From Chrysomallon squamiferum (Eukaryota; Animalia; Mollusca): DNA of 64,000 nucleotides. Position 1 is the first letter of the stretch. Every line of letters begins with the position of its first letter. This document shows positions 43,950 to 56,953 of the stretch, one piece after another. Below the pieces are notes generated by a model, which was given only the letters and a program-made list of their open reading frames with translations, was not told the DNA's origin and ran no database searches. The position numbers were made by a program, and so were the translations under genes. Location of the stretch: contig CM022667.1 of NCBI GenBank assembly GCA_012295275.1, forward strand, positions 15,748,001 to 15,812,000, given 5' to 3'.

Positions 43950-45713
43950 GACGATGATGAAGAAAAGATTATAATGATGATGATAACGATGATTATGATA
44001 CAGTCATGCTGAAAATAATCATACTAACATGTACAGACATTTCTTTTTGTTTTCTTTGTGACGTTTCCAAAAAAAAAATATAATTGACGATTAACATGAA
44101 AATCGGTTTTACCTTGAAGAAAAGTAGCAAGCATCTCCTTTATTTATACATGAACTAAAATCATAATTAATGTGAAATGAATAGGAACAGTGTGAGTCCT
44201 GACTGGTGACGTCATAAAACTAGTACGAAACCAAAGAGACAGTTCAGAGGAAACATTGAACACACGTGTGACTGCCGCTCATTTCGTATCTAAAGTTATA
44301 ATCAACACAACACATCGTGTTCCCAGTAACTGTTAATACAGACTGAATCAGAAGAGCTACAAGTACTACTACTACTACTACTACTCTACTACAACTACTC
44401 CTTCGACCACCACTAACAGATATACTACTAGTACTATTCTGAAACTGCTTGTCCTACTTCTGCTACATCTAACACGGCTACTAGTACTATTATTTATTTA
44501 TTTAGTTACTTATTTGTTTGTTTATTTGTTTGGTTGTCTATATTTCTATAAATGCACACTATAAATGAACACACGCATACAAAAATCAGATGCATTTGGT
44601 AGAAGTATGAGCAATAAAAATAGTAATAGTGGCAGTAATAATGGCAGATGTTGTTGTAGAAGTCGTAGTACTAATTAACAGTATAAAGAGGAATATTAGA
44701 AGTTGTAATAGTAGTTGGTATTATAACTACTCTAGTAATTGTTGCCGTCGCTGATTTTCATATTGGTTCTGATTTAACTGTAAATAATTATACACACGTG
44801 CAGATATGATCTTAATTAGCAAATGAAGACGATTCAAACTGTTTTGAGTTCATCGACTGTCGTAGTTCAGCTCGTCTCTCTAGGACTCGTCTGTTAATCA
44901 GTCTACACTCCGCAGATCTCAGCTGACTTCTGTTAAATGACTTCTCTTCCCAGAATCCCATGTTCATTCACACTTTTCACTCTCCTCACTCAATTGCCAG
45001 AGCGACCCGCTGTTTGTATCCGCGTTGAAACCGTTTGTTTACTTTATTTTATTATGTTTTATTTTGTTTTATTTTATTTACTTTTTACTTTAACCCCCAT
45101 AAATTTACGAATATTAAATATTTTCAGTGAAAGATAAACATAGTTCAGTATAATTTAGTATAACTATTTCTCATTATAATTTCAGACACATCTAAACTAA
45201 ATATTTCTATGAAAACAACATTTGAACACAAACTTCTATTATTTTATTTCTGGATTATTTTATTTCTGGACAATAAGCCAAGTACAAGGGCTGTGAGTGA
45301 TTGTAGATGTTGATAACAGTGGACAATATACCATGTATATTATGTAACAGTGGTGAGATTGAAGACGAGATTAAAAATAAGAAATCACTGTGTAATTAGG
45401 AAAAATATTTGTTTAAAGCATTTCAGTGTAGAGAAATTTTGATTAGTTAGATATAATTTATGTGCTATATTATTTATATTCTCCAGATATTTTTTGTTTA
45501 TCATATACTGTCACTGTTTGTACTTCTTGCATTTTTGTATTGACATTGTATATCAATAAACTGTAAAGCTTACAATAATAAAGAACTGAATCAAACCTCA
45601 CTAATCCCTACAATGAACAGATGTAAATAAAGCATTAAACCTATTTGACTGATTGCCTGAACTGCTATCAGGCAGAATGTCAAATAACACCTACCAAACT
45701 CCAGTCATGTTGC

Positions 45714-45788
45714 CTAATTCCTTGAAATTTTAGTCAGTGTCTGACGGTCTTGGGCATTAGGCCAAATGACTAGTTTGACATATTGACT

Positions 45789-45789
<1 letters not shown>
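45714..45789 (-). mobile_element. Right inverted-repeat end (...GACTG|TA)
   Basis: Reverse complement of 758-870 with a small deletion; followed by TA and (CA)n. Confidence 0.55.
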
Positions 45790-45831
<42 letters not shown>

Positions 45832-45850
45832 GTGTGCGTGTGTGTCTGTA

Positions 45851-45888
<38 letters not shown>

Positions 45889-46731
45889 CTTATTTTACTG
45901 GACTTTATCATTAATACTGACTTACGCTTGATACTTAGCATTCTGGTATATATATATATATAAACACTCTTGGTAAAAAACTAATTCACATGTGTAAATA
46001 ACAATCATAAATGCCAATAAATAAATAAATACTCTTTATATAATATAATTTAAAAAATAATATAAATAATAATTTAAAAAAAAAAAAAAAAAAAAATGAT
46101 TATATAATGTAATAGGAGCCGTAGTCTTCTACATTAGAAATTTTCCAATCGCCATCGATTGATTTTGAATAAATGTAATTTCAGGATCGAAATTTTCAGA
46201 TGGATAAAAAAAAAATAACACACATCGATGAACACAAACATGTGTAAGGAAGCAAAATAATTATATATAATAGTGTGTACAATAAAGGACAGAAAAAAAA
46301 AAAAAATTAAAAAAAAATATGAATTTTTTTTAATTTTTTTTTTAAATAAATGAAGAAGAAAGAAAAAAGAAAGAAAAGAACAATGAACATGTACGATGAA
46401 TGTAAAAATTTTAGTTTTTCAAAGAGGAAAATACAGCAGCCCAACGTAAACAGTTTGTCACGATACAGTGGATTTCAGGACCACACCTCATCAGAGCACT
46501 GCCGACAGCTTTTTCCAAAAGGCGTGACATTTCTTTTACAGTACACATAAAATACCTGCACGCAATCGTACACGTTTTCCTGCATATGTAACCGTGTTTT
46601 CGGATAAAATGATTAATATGTCTGTAATATTAGCCTTTCCTCGCTGAGTTATTTCTGTTTTACAAACATTATGATGTATACTAATTGATTATTACTATTG
46701 TATGAATAATTAAACTCTGAACGTTTAGAAA

Positions 46732-47418
46732 TACAGGTTTTCGAACGAGTGTCGCGTTCCAAGGTTCGAACGCGGAATTCGATCCGGAGTTCGAAAGAAG
46801 CCTCAGCTGCACTCACAGTGAAATACTGCATCCAGCTGACTCCCGCTCTCACTGTCAAAGCATCTGTTGTGTTGTTATTATTATTATTTAATTGCCGTTT
46901 TTGCTTTTTGTGTGTGCATGTGTGTGCATGTGTTGCATGAAAGTGTGCTATTTTTGCCTTATATTACGTGTATTTGCTACTTAAGTTTAGCGAAATGACT
47001 AGTATTTAGGGTCTGGAAACATATTAATTGAGATTCCATTTTTTCTAATGGGGAAAAGTGATTACGGCTTCGAACAGTTCACAATTCGAATGGCCTACCG
47101 AAATGGATTATATTCGAAATCTGGGTCGGATCTAGCCTTTCAGATGAGGGGGGTCCATGAAAAACAAGGGCACCATAACATTATGAAAATGCACTACTGC
47201 ACTATTACACACGGTCCACATGGACCATAATATAGTACTGCTACAACAGAGATGCTGGCAGATGTATTCTACACTGACAGAAATTAAAAAATAATAATAA
47301 ATTGTACAAATCCCCCAAAATCCTAAATAAAAGGGGCACTTCTCACATTTGCGGGGGGACTTAAGACACCTTGGACCCCCCTTTAGACCCGCCCCAGGAA
47401 ACACGAGGCAGTACAGTA
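46732..47418 (+). mobile_element. Tigger/pogo-derived non-autonomous element
   Basis: Repeated TTCGAA subterminal motifs. The GGTCTGGAA...ATTAATT...TTCCATT...AATGGGGAAAA block resembles the Tigger end at 63620-63665. Ends CGAGGCAGTACAG|TA. Confidence 0.5.
47121..47397. mobile_element. MITE nested in the Tigger-like element's right end
   Basis: Imperfect TIRs CTGGGTCGGATCTAG ... TAGACCCGCCCCAG, with internal GGGGGGTCC/GGACCCCCC inverted motifs. Confidence 0.55.
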
Positions 47419-48529
47419 CAAACAGACGTAAGTACCCAACTACTTACTGCATATTTCACAACCGCAACTTCTGATAAGCTTATTAATTTTTCACTCACTC
47501 ACTACATAACTTTGATTATTTAGTGTTTATTATTATTAACATGACGAATGAGCTGTGTCATTTATTTATGTAATGTACTTTTTATGTCACTGGGCGTATA
47601 AAATGTATTAACAGCTCAATATCACAAAACCATATGATCAGTGACGTATAAAAATTCGGCATCTGCAAGTCGTAAGACCCCATTTTAATTATACAGTGTA
47701 CTTGACAATTATGTTGTTGAATTACAGCCAGAGAATATATGTCACAAACCCACTCTTTATTTAAGCTGGTGAACTGTGGCAATAAAAAACAGAGTTGAGT
47801 TAGAAACCGTAATGCGACCAATGACCATACACAAACAAGTACACGTTTTGAATATATTCTTACTTCTTAATGTATGACATTTAGCTCAGAGGCATCAATA
47901 CTGATATAAACGAATACATTCCTACAAACCAAAATTACACAATAATAATTAAAAAAATTAAAAACAATAAAAAAAATTAAAAAAAAAAAATAAAATTAAA
48001 AATTAAACAAACAGTATATGTAACAAAATTCTTTTCTATCTTAAAATGTTTTTATTCATTATTTCATTCTGAAAGTATAAATCTTACATTTAATTTCAAA
48101 ATAACAATGATTGCATTAAACGGATGTTCATTACCATGGCACTAGACAATTATTAAAACATTTTTTTCATGATTTGATCAATAACAGCTGTTATAAAAAT
48201 TTTGTTAGAAAATTGGTATCATTTAAATGGCAAGAAACATTACAATACTCAGGTACATACAGTTGTGTACTTTCATACAAATATGCATATGAATATACAG
48301 CTACACATTCATACATCTATTAACATACGTACATACAAATGTCCATAAATGCACATTCACACACACACACATGAATAAATAGAATTTACAATACTATCAT
48401 TTGCATATAGAAAATTACAGTGCTGAATGAAGTGCTAAACCATATATACAAGATCAATAATGCATAAATAAATAGACAAATATTGAAATTATGGCATAGA
48501 AATAAATTTTCAATCACAAATATGATTGT

Positions 48530-51233
48530 TCATGCATGCAAATACTGACACTGTTTTAATTCCTTTATATAATCTGCTGCTAGCTGCCCCACTGTTGCTA
48601 TGGAGAAGTACTTGAATGGTGGAGGGACATGTATGTGGGTGCTGAATGACCCATCTTCCCCAACAGTCATTTCCAGTAGTGCATTACCACACTGGTGGAA
48701 ACTTGACAGTTCCCATATAGAGCTGCCTGAGTTGGTGGCAATGTGGGAGAGACATGGAAAATGACTCTCCAGTGTAGATGCCCGGCACCACTTTATGTTG
48801 GAGAGATCCACCTGAACGGGAAACTCCCACTCTTTCTTCTCACTGTTATACGGTCTCTTCCAGCCTTCGCCATCAACGATGTACAATGTATCATTTGTGA
48901 CCATCACCCTAACTGGAGAGGGCACATAACAGATGCCGCTGAATTTGTTGATTGTGTTCTGTGAAGTGTCGAAGATGTGACCTTCTTTGATTATGAGAAG
49001 ATTCCGGGCCACATTGACAGCAATGTCAGCTTTGAGGACATGGATACAGGAACCAGAAACGCAGACGAGGGACAGCGGTGTGCTGTAATGGTTATGGGAG
49101 ACCTCGCCAACCAGACTCCATGACAACTGCTCACTTAAACGGAAATATTTCTGCTCGGTCTGGTAACAGTCACGACTAGAAGAGAGCAGACGGTTGGACA
49201 CGAGCACGTACAGATTACTGTTTACTGCAAGAGGTATCACACTCTTCACATCTCCTTCCAGTCCTTGGAGAATGGTCTTGCAACAGAAGGAGCACCAGCT
49301 CAGAGATGTCAGATCAAGGCAGTACCCTCTTTCTCGATTACAGCTCACAAAGAATATACATCCACGGCAACATGCCACCCGCCAGTTAGCCTTTTCATCA
49401 AATACTCCTGTAATGAAAGAAAAGAAGTCAGATAAACAGGTGTGAAACAGACCACTATATATCAAACAGATAGGCGTCTGTGCTAAACAAAAAGAACATA
49501 AAAAGAACTTAGAAAGGGTTGGAGGAAATCAAGGGAAAAGAAAGAGAGAGGATACTGAGCAATATCATTTTACTTTATCATTTATTAATATTTGCTTATC
49601 AATCCACAGCTGGAACAAACATTTATACTGGGATGGGGATATCAGTGAAATTCAAAGATAATATTTCTACATAGATTTACTATGTGTGTGTATTTCTGTC
49701 ACATATAAAATAAAATCACATGCTCAAATGCAGCTATTTAAAAAATGCTGTGATCGTGACGTTCAATGTATATATTTTATTTAATTTAAAAAGAAAAAGA
49801 ATTAAATTTAAATTCTGTGTTCTCAATGGTAAGAAGGAAACAAAAATGAAAATTGAATGCACTAAAATATTGTTTTAAATTGTGACATACATTATTATTA
49901 TTATTATTGTTCTTAAATATATCTAGGAAAAATGAATGGAAATAGTGAAGCATTCATAACAGTTATACTTTTTAAGCAAAATGAATATATTATATTATTT
50001 TACTTTATCATTTATTAATATTTGCTTATCAATCCATATTTAATCTCAAGCAATTACATGGCAAAGAAAAATACCTGGAAAGTTCACAGATCCAACAGAC
50101 AACCATGTTCTAAGCTGAGTCACATATAAACTCAGTTCAAAACTGTTTGATGTTGATGATGGGGACATTTTTTTCTCTACCTCAAACTCCAGGGTCTGGT
50201 CCATTAGTTTCTTAGTGGGTGCCAAAACCACAATACATTCAAAATTATTTTGTTCCACAAGGGCACTTTTCAGTGACACCATAGCTCCACTTAGAACACA
50301 GTCTGAAACTGTAGCTGCTAGAGTTTCAGCCACATTTTTACGCATGTAAGTGTTTTCACAAAGTGGACTTCTAGTCCTTACACTTCTGTCCAAAGTCAAT
50401 GATCTTCCAGACACTGAAGGAGGTTGCCTGGTTGATGCCAGTCCTGAAACGTCAGCTATAGCAGCATGCACGATTTTCAAAAATTCAGAAACTAGGGAAT
50501 CGGTGATATGGTAACTGTTCAAGTAATTCACAAGATTTCTGAGTCCGGATATCTCCAGACCCGAACATATTCCTTTAAACAGACTGAGGGCAGTATGAGT
50601 TCGTTCAGGATCATTCTTGTACTTGTCCCACCGAAGTAAAAGATTCGCTACTTGTCTTTGGTCACAGTATCGTTGAACATTTTTCTCAAAAAGGCTTGAG
50701 AGGTGGCAGGCCGATACTTGTAGCAGATCATCTTGGAATATGAAATAGTCGTGAAATCGAGCCTCGATGATGTTAAAGGCAACCTTCTCAACCTCACTAA
50801 TGCTGTACATGTCAGCGAGGATGTAGTATCTCACACAGGTTTGTAGGTTAAGGTTCTCAGCCAAGAAACCAGTGCAGAGATCTTTCAATGAATCAATCAT
50901 CAGAAATGATGCCAGCTGGGTGACAACAGCTATGTTGAATTCATCCAGTTTCAACTTCCCTGTGTACAAAGCGTCAATGACAGTTTCCAAATGAACTGCT
51001 TCTTCAACCACGCTGCTAAGGTTGACGATGCTCATGCCTTTGTCAGACTCCAGAAAGTTTCCAGAAAACATGCCACTGAAATAAGGACTGCATGCAGCTA
51101 GCACGCTGCGGTGAACAGGGATGTTCTTGCTTTTCACAGTCAGCTGAACATCGCAGAATCTACCCTCCTGTCTGGCATTGTTCATCTGATGAAGCAAGGC
51201 TTCAAAATGGCCTCTGTCCAAATGGTACTCCAT
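48530..51233 (-). CDS. BTB/POZ-BACK domain (Kelch-like family) protein, ~678 aa, two coding exons: 51233-50075 and 49407-48530
   Basis: BTB signature FCDVQLTVKSKNIPVHRSVLAACSPYFSGMF followed by a BACK-like region. Donor CCAG|GTATTT (50075) and acceptor ttacag|GA (49407) are phase-compatible. The beta-rich C-terminus lacks clear GG kelch motifs. Confidence 0.88.
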
Positions 51234-51991
51234 ATCAACTGTCACGTTCAACTGTCTGTGAAAGAAAAAAGAAAGAAAATTAAAAGTAAATTAATATTGT
51301 TGGTGAAAAAAAATAATTCAATTAATTAAAATTACATTAATCAGTTATTATTAATAAACAAACAAACAAATAAATAAAAGTCCAAATCATGGGCCACCAT
51401 AAAAAATATGACAAATAAAATTCATATCATAACTAAAACTGATATACACACTATACTATTTTATTGTATTTTTATTAAAATCCTAACTAAATGTTCTATC
51501 TATATTTCTTTTAAAAACAAGAACCAAGGGTTTTTTTTACACAGATTTTATCTTTAGAAATTTTATTTTTATCTGCAAAATAATTTTACAATAACTGAAA
51601 ACTTACTTAAAAGGGAACATTTCCTATATATATAGGTACCATTGTTCTAGAACATTTAAATTATTTACTTGTTTTTGCTTTGTTGCTTTTTTATCATTAT
51701 ATTTTGTGCCCTAATTTCTTTGCTGAATTTATTTACTTACAATTTTATAGATGTGGTTTCTTATTTTATTCAGTTCTTATAACACACACACACACAGCAG
51801 CAACTACAATTAAAGTTCCAACAAACATATGAACAATAAATAAATCTACTTTGTGTCACTTATATAATTATAAGGTATCTGCTTAAATACACTTTGAGTG
51901 GGTTTTAAATATAGGCCAATATGACAAAAGAAACAACAAATAATTAAATCAGTCTGAAATTCAGAACTGATACATATACAACTGAAATACA

Positions 51992-52038
<47 letters not shown>

Positions 52039-52938
52039 TAAAATAAATAAATAAATAAATAAAACTGGGGAAAAAGAAGAAAAGAAAAATAATGGCATCC
52101 ATAAACTTGTTATTATCAAAGTCTGGTGTTTATAAAAAATATATGAAATACATTTAGGCTATTTGTCTGTTCCATACTTTAATAAAGTGAAGTTCAATAA
52201 CACATTACCTTACATTGATAATGCTTTAATATTACTTTACCTTTCACTAATAACAAAAAACAAATTAATGAATAATAAACTTAAAAAATAATAATTTAAT
52301 CTGAACTGAATTAAAATTCCTGAAATACATACATAAACAGAACAAAAATTTATATACACATTATAATCTGAGAAGAGTAGATGAAAAAAGAAATTCTTTT
52401 TCTCAAAAAAAAAAAAAGGATCAGTTTATATTTATATTCTGCATAAATTAATATTAAATTTAATCTTTAAAAAATGGGGCTTATTTTACAAAATTCATAA
52501 ATAAATAAATAAACAAACAAATAAATAAATAACTAAATAAATGTTATCTAAATAAATGTTATCTAAATACACATCTAAATTATTATTAGTATTTTCAAAT
52601 AATCTGTAATTTGGATTATCCTCTGTATCAGTTAAAAAAATATAGTTATTCAAAAAGTTCAAAATTACTAAAGGAGCAATATGCATTGATGCTCAGGTTT
52701 TACATAAACATTATGGGGTGGAATTCAAAGTAGATAATCATGAATTGATATGTTTAAATATATTTTGATAATTAATAACATACAAAACAAATATGTAACC
52801 TAAAATTATTTTGCAGTGATCTTTAAATTATAATTTCGAATTTGACAAAATTATTATTAATCTAAAAAAAAAACTACATACAGTTATAATATGCACTATA
52901 GGGTATATTAGCATATAATTTCTCAAGAGATCAGAGAG

Positions 52939-52982
<44 letters not shown>

Positions 52983-54673
52983 ACTTTTAGTCTATCTGAA
53001 CTTAACGAATATTTTCTCCACAACAGATAATTATTCTAAAATAAAAATATAAATCTAGAATACGCTTCGATCTTCAAAACACAAACTTGCGAAATGTTAG
53101 TATAATAATGAGTATTGATCTCATTTTGATTGATAATCCGAACTAAGTGATTGCAGACGCTTCGCCATCAACAGTGAATTTCAAAAGAATAAAAAGCCGA
53201 TCATTCGCACCCGATATGAGTTATATTAAATGGGATTTTAAATATTTAAATTAAAATATATTTACGTACAAACTATGCTCTGGACACACCAAATAAGCTG
53301 TTAAATGTCCAAATATCTTTTGTTTCGTAGTTGCATCGTCCGCCAGATTGGGCGCCCTCTTTCTATGGTAGATAACTCTAAATGATTTTTCTATTATTTT
53401 TGGTATGACCTCTGAAGTGTTTTCAAACAACGGCGAAAACCGATTTGTGTAATATCACTATTTTAAATAGTGACAGTTACAACAAAGGTCTTACGTGAAT
53501 GTGTAATAAATGAATGTACGGAAGAGTCTTAACAGGTTTCATACAACAGCAGGGAGGGGGGAAGTAACACAAATTAGTAAATAAATAAAATTAATTATTT
53601 TTATGTCGTCTTAACATAGGAAACAGGGGCCGTAAATCTGTACTATCCATATGTTTCATTATGAATTTAGATTTTAGCTTAGCTACAGTCTTTCAGTCTG
53701 GACATGCAGTTGATAAATTTCTCATGTGAGTGCGCGTGCGCGTGCCTCAATATTATTTAAATTATTTAAACACAATATTATTTAAATTAATTTTTTCCAA
53801 ACGATATTAAGATATAGGAAGTATAGCTGATCTAATTCAGTTTTATTTGGTTCATTCTACAATTAAAGCGAGCAAGCAAGTAAATAAATAAATAAATAAA
53901 TAAAACAGTGAATAGCATTAATAATAAAGAAGAATATTCTGTTGCGTAAACAACACTTGAAACATTCATTATATAAATATTTACGCAGAAACATTGTTTT
54001 AATGTATTAATGAAATGGGATAATTAGAAAGCATAATTTTTATGTATTAATTAAAAATATATATATAATAATAAACATTAAGAAACCCCCAACTTTCTCG
54101 GCTGAATATAGCGACATACGACATTCAAATCAGATACCCTTTCGAAATTTGTATATATCTTTTAATTTATCCCCGTTCCGAATGCATTTTTTGTTATGAA
54201 ATTCTCTTACTCAGTAGACTGAAATGTGTGTATTTATCTTCTATTTTATTGCTATTAACATGATGCAAAATTAAGTGTTCACTTATAAACAAAACGTCAT
54301 TTTTTTTTCAAAGTGACCCTCATAACCTTACGAGCTATAGGTTTTGAGTAAATCATTCATTACCTGATTTGACATAAATTTGAATAAAATGTAATGTTTT
54401 TTTATCAGCAACATGCCTTGAATTTTAATCTAGTGAAATCGTTCAATACTATCTCCATCAAAGAACTAATTGCTAGTTTTCACCAAAATTTTCAACATAG
54501 TAACTAATAAAACTGTAATCATAATTAGAGTCTGTAATCATTATCCGCGGGAACTCAAACTGTTATTGGTTTCTATGCGTACGTTTATGACGTAACTGAT
54601 ACGGTGATGACGTTATTTATCGAGTTCTGAAAACGAACTCGGCCATCTTCATTAAAATCTCTAGGAAACATAA

Positions 54674-54724
<51 letters not shown>

Positions 54725-55697
54725 ACAACAAAAAAAACAAAAAAAAACGTATGTGAATATGATCTTTATGGAAACAAATAAAATTAAAATATGCTAAATA
54801 TGGTTACAAAATCAAATTAGCATATTTTATTTGTTTTCCCCAAAGGACATATTCAAGAATTTTCTGCTATTGGCCAGCTGCAAGAAAGACAACCGTTTAC
54901 ATATAAATGTAATAATGTAACACTTACGCGCAATTCAAAATAGTTTGTTTCATAATACTTAAAGACCAATTAAAATATAACCAAATTCATCTTTATTCAC
55001 ATAAGCACACGTGAAATATTTTAGTGTTTAGTTTATTTTGTAATGCATCACATTTTGTGCATCTGGAAACACGCCAAAATTCCACAATACTTTTTATACT
55101 GGTAGAGTAATTAAAAAAATAAACACCCCCCCCCAAAAAAAAAAAAAATAAAAAAACAACACACCATCCAATTACTGCAAATTACACATACACACACCTA
55201 TGAATATCTAAATTAATGATCAGAAAATTCCTTTGATTTTTTTTCCACACTACAGCATAGATACATCAGTGTATTTTGAAAATTATTTGTTGTCTTGTTA
55301 AAATTTCCCCTAATTAATGCTGAAACTGCAACCTACAAAACAGGAGGAACACATCTCAATATTTTTTTTTTATTTTAAGAAAAAAATACAAAGAGAACAC
55401 AATAATTTTTACATTTTAATACCAACTATATTACATACAAAATTAAAATGAATACAACACATCCTTATGCAGTGATAATGATTTCTGAGCATGATAATAA
55501 AAGATTTTCCTCTTCTTACGAATGATGAACATCCTCTTCACATTCACTTGATGAAGACAAATGTTGAAATTATAATTCACATGGTAAAGATGAATTTACA
55601 CAAATGAATGGGGTTTCTGGCACCTGCATCAGTACTTGCAACATTAACAACAAATCCAAATTGGCAGTAAATGTTATGATGTCTGATATGTGATGGT

Positions 55698-56917
55698 TCA
55701 CCGTCTCCCACGAGGAGGTCCTCCCCGCCCTCTGCCTCGCCCACCACGCCCACCTCTACCCCCTCGGCCTCCCCTTCCACCACGACCGGCACCAGCTGTT
55801 GGTAAGAACAGATAAATTGCTCATTAATATATCATTTTTAATTTAAATGATCACCAATGCACAAAATTTGCAAAATAGGATAAAACCAAAGGAAAATAAT
55901 AATCTAATTGTTTTACTTAAATTATAATAGAAAAAGAAGCAGATATAATTATGATGAACAACATGGAAAACAACTTAGATTAAATGGAACAGACATTGTT
56001 TTTTATATATAAATGTATTTGAATATATATGAAAGGATGAAAGGGAACAGCACAGATGAACAGCACAGATGAACAGAACATTATAAAAAAAAAAAATAAT
56101 GGCCACTAACATATATATGTATGTATGTATGTATGTATATAAAATAGGAATTAAAAACAGAGTGAATGCTTAATAATTCATTTTATAGGGAATGAACAAT
56201 ACATTCCACATGAATCACTGAACAGAAACTGCCATTCCACTTAAAAGCATGTTAAAAAATATACCTATAACTCACAGGAATAACAAATGGTTGAAATGAA
56301 GTTTCCCTGTGTTCATATTAAGGAAGAAACATAAATTAAGCAAATATATTTATAAGAAAAATAGTAACAGAACTGAAAATTGTTTAAAATCAAATAAAGA
56401 ATAAACAGAAGAAAAAAATGTACCTCCTCTGTCTCTCTTTCCTCTCTGGAAGGTTCTTGTTTTTGGCGTGTCGTCTATCAATAATGTATCTAATGGTAAA
56501 CTGTCTGGAAGAATGTAATATCTGATATTGTTTCCACGAATGCTGAGTGAGTCAATCTGAACAGGGTCCTTATTCTTAACTGTCATCTTCACTGCCTTCA
56601 AATGTGTGTTCATGCTTACATCAACACCTGATAACAACAATTATAACAATAATAGTAAGTAAAAACAACAAGAAGAAAAATAATTGTTATTAGCAATAAT
56701 ACAGAATATCAGGAGTTGATTGGAAGTAAAATCTGGAAAGCTGCACAAAAAGCTAATTAAAGATACTAAATGGAAGTTTAAAAAAGAAAAGAAAACAGGT
56801 TCAGAAATATGTTCATTTGGTTTTTGTGTGTGTGAAAATAACTGGTTACCAGCCTGTGAATGTTGACTGCAGTTATCTGTATTTAGTTCTGCTCAACCAA
56901 ATTATTCATCATCATTA

Positions 56918-56953
<36 letters not shown>

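Noticed and set aside
53260-53360. 5' UTR exon/promoter of the BTB gene
   Set aside because: A CpG patch and a possible donor exist, but the evidence is too weak to annotate without transcripts.
55577-55792. 71-aa Gly/Val/Glu-rich ORF
   Set aside because: Off-frame reading of SmD1 exon 4 and its 3' UTR.
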